A stretch of DNA of 64,000 nucleotides from Nitrospinaceae bacterium (GTDB lineage: Bacteria; Nitrospinota; Nitrospinia; Nitrospinales; Nitrospinaceae): assembly GCA_965223665.1 (NCBI GenBank), contig OZ245011.1, forward strand, positions 3,456,001 through 3,520,000, read 5' to 3'. Made by a program: the position numbers and the translations under genes. Positions 58,085 to 64,000 of the stretch are shown piece after piece (position 1 is the first letter of the stretch; each line of letters begins with the position of its first letter). The notes under the pieces were generated by a model. It was given only the letters and a program-made list of their open reading frames with translations, ran no database searches and was not told the origin of the DNA.

Positions 58085-59014
58085 TCATGGGATTTCCTGA
58101 ATCAGAATTTTGCTGGCGTAGGTTCCGAGATCTGGTGGAAAAGGAGATTGAAACTGAAGGATTTGGTTACTTTGCGGGTGTGCGAATTCTATTTCAAATG
58201 CATGGAGTGCTTGTCGGGATATAGAAGGTAATTCTTTCCCAGGGTTACCACCATAAAGAACATCTCCTAAAATTGGATTGCCGATGGAAGCCAAATGTAC
58301 TCGAATTTGATGTGTTCGCCCAGTTCTAGGGTATAAACGGACAAAGCTTGCTTTTGTATTTTGCTCAATAACTTCGTACCTGGTCTCAGCTTCACGGCCC
58401 TCTGAAAAGTTTGAGGACATTTTTTTTCGATTTATTTTATGACGGCCAATGGGCACGTTGATTTTTCCTTTTAAAGGTTTCACTTGTCCTTTGGTAAGAG
58501 CTAAATAGATTTTTTTTATAGTTCTTTGTTTAAATTGTTGACTTAGGGATTGGAGAGCTGAATCAGATTTTGCCACCAGAATAAGCCCTGAAGTATCTTT
58601 ATCCAGTCGATGGACAATTCCAGGTCGTTCCACTCCGCCAATTCCCTTTAAATCATTACAATGATGAAGCAATGCGTTGACTAGTGTCCCGCTGGAATGA
58701 CCCGGAGCTGGATGAACGACTATCCCTGCGGGTTTATCAATAACCAATATATATTTATCTTCAAAAACAATATTTAGGGGGATGGGTTCGGGTTTAACTT
58801 CCAAAGGTTTTGGATCGGGGACGGTCAAATCTACTATATCATCAACCTTAAGCTTATATTTTGCTTTCGCAGGGTTCCCATTTACGTGTACATAATTTTC
58901 TTCAATAAGCTTTTGAATGTAGGAACGTGTCAGGTCATTTTGGACTTCCACTAAAAAGTGATCCAGGCGCTTCTTTTCACAATGGGTGTTGATTTTATAA
59001 TCGTAGTGCAACAT
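58085..59014 (-). CDS. rluD: RluA/RluD-family 23S rRNA pseudouridine synthase (with S4 domain)
   Basis: RLDHFL, KPAGIVVHP, HRLDKDTSG, TGRTHQIRVH, QALHA. Confidence 0.93.
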   Translation of the reverse strand: MLHYDYKINTHCEKKRLDHFLVEVQNDLTRSYIQKLIEENYVHVNGNPAKAKYKLKVDDIVDLTVPDPKPLEVKPEPIPLNIVFEDKYILVIDKPAGIVVHPAPGHSSGTLVNALLHHCNDLKGIGGVERPGIVHRLDKDTSGLILVAKSDSALQSLSQQFKQRTIKKIYLALTKGQVKPLKGKINVPIGRHKINRKKMSSNFSEGREAETRYEVIEQNTKASFVRLYPRTGRTHQIRVHLASIGNPILGDVLYGGNPGKELPSISRQALHAFEIEFAHPQSNQILQFQSPFPPDLGTYASKILIQEIP

Positions 59015-59178
59015 TCCATTTAAAGGAGGTGGAAAAGTTCGGAGAATTTTTTTTTACTTTCCGGTTTTTATTAAACTGATTAATCTGTGAAAGCATATAA
59101 AAATACAAAATTCTTTATTTGTTAATAATTTCTACCTACAATTTATCCCTTTTGGAAATAAAAAACACTTTGTCGCTG

Positions 59179-59697
59179 CTATTTTTCTAACAGCCGTGGC
59201 ATTAATTCTACTAAATTACATGGAGGATTGTTACTGTTTAGCTGATGAACCAGTATTTGGTCCCAGGCATCTTTGCAGGCCCCTGTTGAGCCGGGCAAAG
59301 CAAACATAAATGTCCCATTTGCCACACCTCCAGTGGCACGAGATTGCATGGTAGAAGTTTTAATATTTTGATAACTAAGCCATCGAAACAACTCTCCAAA
59401 TCCGGGTATTGGTTTATCATATAATTCTTCAAACGCCTCGGGAGTCACATCTCTTCCTGTAACCCCAGTACCCCCAGTTGCAATTATTACGTCAACATTT
59501 TTGTCTGCGATCCACTTTTTGAGAATTGCTTGTATGGAATCTTTTTCGTCTTTTATGATTACACGATCCACTACTTGGTGTCTTGCATTTTTAACTCGTT
59601 CGGCTAAGGTATTACCCGATTTATCATCCGCCTCTGTCCTGGTATCAGATACAGTCAAAATGGCAATATTCACACTTTTTGCTACTGGAGCATCCAT
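59179..59697 (-). CDS. moaB: Molybdenum cofactor biosynthesis protein B
   Basis: LTVSDTR...DKSG, TGGTG..RDVTPEA, PGFGELFR, LPGSTGAC. Confidence 0.94.
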   Translation of the reverse strand: MDAPVAKSVNIAILTVSDTRTEADDKSGNTLAERVKNARHQVVDRVIIKDEKDSIQAILKKWIADKNVDVIIATGGTGVTGRDVTPEAFEELYDKPIPGFGELFRWLSYQNIKTSTMQSRATGGVANGTFMFALPGSTGACKDAWDQILVHQLNSNNPPCNLVELMPRLLEK

Positions 59698-59832
59698 AAA
59701 TTTCTCCTAATTTAGAAATGTTTTTAGAATAGTATCAACCTCGTGAAAATGTGTAAAGAGAGGATCCTGCCTGCATAGCCTAAAATTTCAGGGTGTGATA
59801 TAAAATATCCTTTTGTTTAATTAGGAGTAGAA

Positions 59833-60552
59833 ATGCCAACTGCAATTGTTACAGGTGGGGCCGTAAGAATTGGTAAAGCCTTGGCCTATCATTTAGTTGA
59901 AGAAGGTTGGAATTTAGCTATTCATTACCATTCTTCTTCCCCTGAATCTGTATTAAACCATGCTCAAAAATTGGGAGTGGCCTGCAAAGCCTATCAAGGA
60001 GACCTGATGGACGTGAATTTTGCAGATCAATTTATAGATAGAGTGTGTAGAGATTTTACGGATGTTGAGCTATTGATCAATTGTGCTGCGAACTTTATCC
60101 AAGAAAATGTTGAAAATACTACAACCCAGACCCTGATAAATACATTACAGTTGAATTTGATGTCCCCCTATATATTTATGCGAGACTACAAAAAGAAAAT
60201 TAATCGGGGAATGATAATTAATATTTTGGATGAAAGAATTAGTAAAAATATTCCAACGTTTGCGGCTTACTCAGTTTCAAAAGTAGGGTTAGCTCACTTA
60301 ACATCATTAGCTGCTATTGAATGGGGAGAAACTGTGAGGGTAAATGGTATTGCTCCAGGATTAATCCTGCCTCCTGCCGGTCAAGGCGAAGACTATCTTA
60401 CGCGAAATGCCAAAAATATTCCTACAAAAACTCACGGCAATTTAGATGACCTTGTTCACGGACTCGATTATTTTTTAAAGAGTGTTTTTGTCAATGGTGA
60501 GGTTCTTTTCATTGATGGAGGTGAATCCAAGGGAAGACGTAGCCAGGAATAA
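59833..60552 (+). CDS. SDR oxidoreductase, pteridine reductase/FolM-like
   Basis: TGGAVRIG, IHYHSS, YSVSK, RVNGIAPG. Confidence 0.85.
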   Translation: MPTAIVTGGAVRIGKALAYHLVEEGWNLAIHYHSSSPESVLNHAQKLGVACKAYQGDLMDVNFADQFIDRVCRDFTDVELLINCAANFIQENVENTTTQTLINTLQLNLMSPYIFMRDYKKKINRGMIINILDERISKNIPTFAAYSVSKVGLAHLTSLAAIEWGETVRVNGIAPGLILPPAGQGEDYLTRNAKNIPTKTHGNLDDLVHGLDYFLKSVFVNGEVLFIDGGESKGRRSQE

Positions 60553-60568
60553 TTTAATAGTTTATTAA

Positions 60569-62209
60569 TTAAAAACGTGCGCGGGTTAACTTAATATCAG
60601 CATTTCCCCAGATAGCTTCAAATCGTTTTTTTATTGCAGAGGCATCCTTGGTTTTCTTTTGGGCTTCTAAACTTTTCATCAGACCAAATAATGCCCACCC
60701 ATTGTCCTTATGTCGTTCCAGATCTTTTCGGAATACTCGTTCTGCCTCATCCCCATAACCTAATTCCAATAATACTGTTCCTAGTGAATGCCTTGCAGGG
60801 TAATACCAGGCAGGAGGCTCGTCGTATTTTAATTTATCTTCAGCATTAACCGCTTTGGTTAAATGGGAAAGAGCAGACTGAATTTTCTTTTGTTGGTAGG
60901 CAAGTTCACCTTCTAAAAGATGGTCAGCAATTACCAGTAAATCTGAAACATAATTGATATCCCAAAGTGAGATGTTTTTTAAGGAAGGATCTTCCATGAC
61001 CTTTTTCAAGTCTGCTAATTCTTTTTGTGCCTCCTTAACCTTTCCTAATGCAGTAAAAGCCCGACCCCGGGCGTAATGCCAAATACCTAGAGGAAAAACC
61101 ATATCTTTTTCGGGTTTGGGTGCTTTTAAAATTTCTTGCCATTTGCCAAATCTTACCCAAGCATAAAAAGGCATGACCCAATAGTTTTGCAGGGTCCCAT
61201 AACCAGGTTTGCGCATTTCTTGGCGATCTATTGCCTGAGAAAGTTGAATCGCTGCTTGAATTGCTTTTTTGCTCTGGCCGATATTTGCTGCTGCGATCCA
61301 TAAAAAATGTCGATTATGAGGCATATAAGCTAAAGGATAAATTCCTTTGGGTTTATTTTTAGATTTATAAGTTTCGTCATTTGTTATGGCATGCTCATTC
61401 ACTTTTGCGGCATCTTCATAACGGCCTATTCGCATATAAATGTGTGCTGGCATGTGCAGAAGATGGCCGGAATCAGGTGCTAATTCTCTTAATCGGTCAG
61501 CACTTTTCTCAGCACGCTGGGGATTGGGAGAAGCTTCAACCGCATGAATGTGTAAATGATTGGCACCCAATTGGTCAGGATCAATTTTTAATGCTGAATC
61601 AATAGTGTTAATAATTTCAGGTGTCCAAGGTTTAGGAGCGCCGGTTTTATCCCAATAGTCCCATGGGTGTAAATCCATCAGTGATTCAGCAAAAAGTGTG
61701 AGAACCATGGCGTCCTTGGGGAATTCTTTAGCGGCTTGTCTCATCGCATTTGCATAAGCCTGATCTAATAACTTTCTATCCTTGACTGGTTTGGGTGAAT
61801 AGCGTTGAGAAAGAGCCTTAATTAGAGCCTGATCTCTTGGAGATGCTGAGTCAGATAATTTTACTGCTGTTTGAGTAAGGTAGTAAGCCTCTGGTATGGC
61901 ATTATCCTCCATAGGAGCATTAATATTTGGACCCAAAACTAAAGCAGCTCCCCAATAACAAATTGCACATTTAGGATCTAGTTTTGCGGCCTCTTTAAAA
62001 ACTTTATTGGCTTCTGAATGATTAAATCCATATGTTAAAACCAAAGCACGATTGAGCAGGGTTTGTACATTTGTTTTCTTAGTTGGAACCTGCAGCTCCG
62101 GCTGGTTTTTAGGTTTAGTGTTTGACCTTTGAGTTATTGGGGTTTGCTGAGAAGCGCAACCAAAGATGCTTAAGATTAAAACAGCAAGAAAAATTTTATG
62201 AAAATTCAT
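60569..62209 (-). CDS. TPR-like helical lipoprotein with His motifs
   Basis: Lipobox IFGC; YGFNHSEA, LGPNIN, ANHLHIHAVE, GHLLHMPAHIY, YDEPP.W. Confidence 0.85.
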   Translation of the reverse strand: MNFHKIFLAVLILSIFGCASQQTPITQRSNTKPKNQPELQVPTKKTNVQTLLNRALVLTYGFNHSEANKVFKEAAKLDPKCAICYWGAALVLGPNINAPMEDNAIPEAYYLTQTAVKLSDSASPRDQALIKALSQRYSPKPVKDRKLLDQAYANAMRQAAKEFPKDAMVLTLFAESLMDLHPWDYWDKTGAPKPWTPEIINTIDSALKIDPDQLGANHLHIHAVEASPNPQRAEKSADRLRELAPDSGHLLHMPAHIYMRIGRYEDAAKVNEHAITNDETYKSKNKPKGIYPLAYMPHNRHFLWIAAANIGQSKKAIQAAIQLSQAIDRQEMRKPGYGTLQNYWVMPFYAWVRFGKWQEILKAPKPEKDMVFPLGIWHYARGRAFTALGKVKEAQKELADLKKVMEDPSLKNISLWDINYVSDLLVIADHLLEGELAYQQKKIQSALSHLTKAVNAEDKLKYDEPPAWYYPARHSLGTVLLELGYGDEAERVFRKDLERHKDNGWALFGLMKSLEAQKKTKDASAIKKRFEAIWGNADIKLTRARF

Positions 62210-62303
62210 GTCGACCCTCAGGGAGTGGATAGAAAAAGCGATCTTTTTGGAAATTAAAAACTTGTGACTGTAATTATTATAAAGGACTAACTCATAATTA
62301 TGT

Positions 62304-62999
62304 TTAATTTATTGATTGATATGGGATGGGGTCTTTTTCTCCTATTTCTTCAAATCCTTTTAACCTAAGCAAACAGCTATCACAAATTCCACACGCCAGG
62401 CCTTCTCCATTAGGGTTATAACAACTGTGAGTCCAGCTAAAGTCAACTCCTAACAACAACCCTTTTCTAATGATATCTGCTTTGGAAAGATGAATTAGAG
62501 GAGTATGTATTTTAAATTTTGAGGATCCTTGAACTCCTGATTTTGTGGCAAGATTGGCTAAATTTTCAAAAGCCTGTATATATTCCGGGCGGCAATCGGG
62601 ATATCCACTATAATCCACTGCATTAACCCCGATAAAAATATTTTGGGAGTTATTTACTTCCGCTAGAGCTAATGCATAAGAGAGGAAAATTGTATTTCTG
62701 GCTGGAACGTAAGTAATGGGAATATCTGAAGCCATTTCTTTTTGAGATCGCTTAACGGGGACCTCAATATCATCGGTTAATGCCGAGCCTCCAAACTGTC
62801 TTAAGTCTATGGTAACTACCTTGTGCGATATTGCCCCCAAATGCTTTGATATGGATTGGGCTCGGTCTAATTCTAAGTAATGCCTCTGCCCATAATCAAA
62901 ACTTAGAGTAATGGGTGAAAATCCTTCCTTTTTGGCAATTGCCAAGGAAGTAGTAGAATCTAAACCTCCACTTAAAAGGACTATTGCAGTTTTTTTCAT
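62304..62999 (-). CDS. queC: 7-cyano-7-deazaguanine synthase
   Basis: [31 protein letters not shown]...CGICDSC. Confidence 0.97.
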   Translation of the reverse strand: MKKTAIVLLSGGLDSTTSLAIAKKEGFSPITLSFDYGQRHYLELDRAQSISKHLGAISHKVVTIDLRQFGGSALTDDIEVPVKRSQKEMASDIPITYVPARNTIFLSYALALAEVNNSQNIFIGVNAVDYSGYPDCRPEYIQAFENLANLATKSGVQGSSKFKIHTPLIHLSKADIIRKGLLLGVDFSWTHSCYNPNGEGLACGICDSCLLRLKGFEEIGEKDPIPYQSIN

Positions 63000-63013
63000 G
63001 AATTTAAAACCAA

Positions 63014-63041
63014 TTGACAATAAACAACTGTATTATATACT
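63014..63041 (+). promoter_or_regulatory. Putative sigma70 promoter of ffh
   Basis: TTGACA-N16-TATACT. Confidence 0.6.
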
Positions 63042-63094
63042 AGCTTGTTAACTTTGCTTAAACCCCCACAATATCAAAGGTTATAGAATAAATT

Positions 63095-64000
63095 ATGTTT
63101 GACAATTTATCCAACCGTTTGGAAGCAATTTACAAAAAGTTAAAAGGCCGCGGAAAACTAAAAGAATCCGATGTAGATGAAGCCCTTCGTGAAATTCGAA
63201 TGGCTCTCATAGAAGCCGATGTGAGTTTACCAGTAATTAAGTCTTTTTTGGCAGAAGTTCGAGAATTATCCATTGGCCAGGAAGTACTAATGAGTCTTAC
63301 TCCGGGCCACCAGATGGTTAAAATTGTCAATGACCATCTCGAAAAACTTCTTGGCGACGGGGTGACCGATATTAGCTTTTCCAATGAACCTCCGACTATC
63401 GTGTTAATGGTTGGACTTCAGGGTTCGGGAAAGACTACTACGGTGGGAAAATTGGCAAAAATGTGGAAAAAGCAAGGTAAGAATTGTTTATTGGTTCCTG
63501 CCGATGTTTATCGCCCAGCTGCAATCGAACAATTAAATGTTTTAGGAAAAGATCTGGAAATTGATGTTTACCAAGCGGGGGATGAAAAAGATCCTGTGGC
63601 AATTTGTGAAAAGGCCGTTGAACAGGCAAAAAAGGAATTACGTTATGCCGTAATTTTGGATACTGCCGGACGTCATCAAATTGATGACGATTTAATGGAT
63701 GAAATACGGTCGATTAAGGAAAAGATAGAGCCTGATGAAGTATTATTTGTAGCTGATTCCATGATGGGGCAGCAGGCAGTAAATGTTGCTCAATCATTCA
63801 ATGAAACGGTTGGAATTGATGGTGTTGTTTTAACGAAAATGGATGGTGATGCCCGAGGTGGGGCAGCATTATCCATCAAATCAGTAACTGGAAAACCGAT
63901 AAAATTTATTGGCACCGGTGAAAAATTAGATGCCTTAGAGCCTTTTCATCCTGATCGAATTGTTTCCCGAATTTTAGGAATGGGAGATGTCATGAGCCTT
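63095..64000 (+). CDS. ffh: Signal recognition particle protein Ffh (partial, runs off the window; not in ORF track)
   Basis: Manual translation MFDNLSNRL...EADV, GLQGSGKTT, DVYRPAA, DTAGR, TKMDGDARGGAALS, FHPDRIVSRILGMGD. Confidence 0.97.
   Translation, partial: MFDNLSNRLEAIYKKLKGRGKLKESDVDEALREIRMALIEADVSLPVIKSFLAEVRELSIGQEVLMSLTPGHQMVKIVNDHLEKLLGDGVTDISFSNEPPTIVLMVGLQGSGKTTTVGKLAKMWKKQGKNCLLVPADVYRPAAIEQLNVLGKDLEIDVYQAGDEKDPVAICEKAVEQAKKELRYAVILDTAGRHQIDDDLMDEIRSIKEKIEPDEVLFVADSMMGQQAVNVAQSFNETVGIDGVVLTKMDGDARGGAALSIKSVTGKPIKFIGTGEKLDALEPFHPDRIVSRILGMGDVMSL

Noticed and set aside
47303-62999. queE and queC as part of a 7-deazaguanine DNA-modification (dpd) island
   Set aside because: The genes are dispersed among housekeeping genes with no DpdA/TGT paralogue or dpd genes, which fits ordinary queuosine synthesis.
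634-63629. Many short (60-150 aa) ORFs in the track that overlap longer genes, e.g. 634-894, 7474-7851, 41271-41714, 63130-63384, 63438-63629
   Set aside because: They are antisense or out-of-frame shadows of well-supported genes, with no motifs; the last two lie opposite ffh.
1-64000. CRISPR arrays, tRNA/rRNA genes, IS elements, prophage or defence islands
   Set aside because: I found no regularly spaced repeats, cloverleaf T-loop motifs, or transposase, integrase or phage ORFs by eye; tRNAscan and a CRISPR finder would be needed to exclude them formally.

Overview
AT-rich bacterial chromosome segment with mostly housekeeping genes: pntAB, msrP, priA, maf, efp, tolQRAB-pal, radA-ispD, mutY, queE/queC, ychF, rng, rodA, rluD, moaB and the 5' part of ffh. 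The mix of many c-type cytochromes, a NarK transporter and FGE-sulfatase paralogues suggests a marine nitrite oxidiser of the Nitrospinota type; this is an inference with no marker gene to confirm it. I saw no tRNA, rRNA, CRISPR array, transposase or phage gene. The most notable elements are: (1) an eight-gene exported redox cluster (24.7-30.5 kb) with nine CxxCH motifs, including a His-rich DUF1264 protein, a diheme peroxidase and paralogous monoheme cytochromes with a conserved extra Cys pair; (2) a Tol-Pal locus whose periplasm-spanning parts are all elongated, with a 616-aa hendecad coiled-coil protein where cpoB normally sits; (3) a DnaA-box-rich 945-bp intergenic region between rodA and rluD, a candidate oriC with no dnaA in the window; (4) a translationally coupled GH94 phosphorylase and Na+:solute symporter pair; (5) a structured three-way-junction leader that occludes the RBS of an orphan radical SAM/SPASM gene; (6) a 59-aa basic protein missing from the ORF track; and (7) a MutY with an essentially intact Nudix box.
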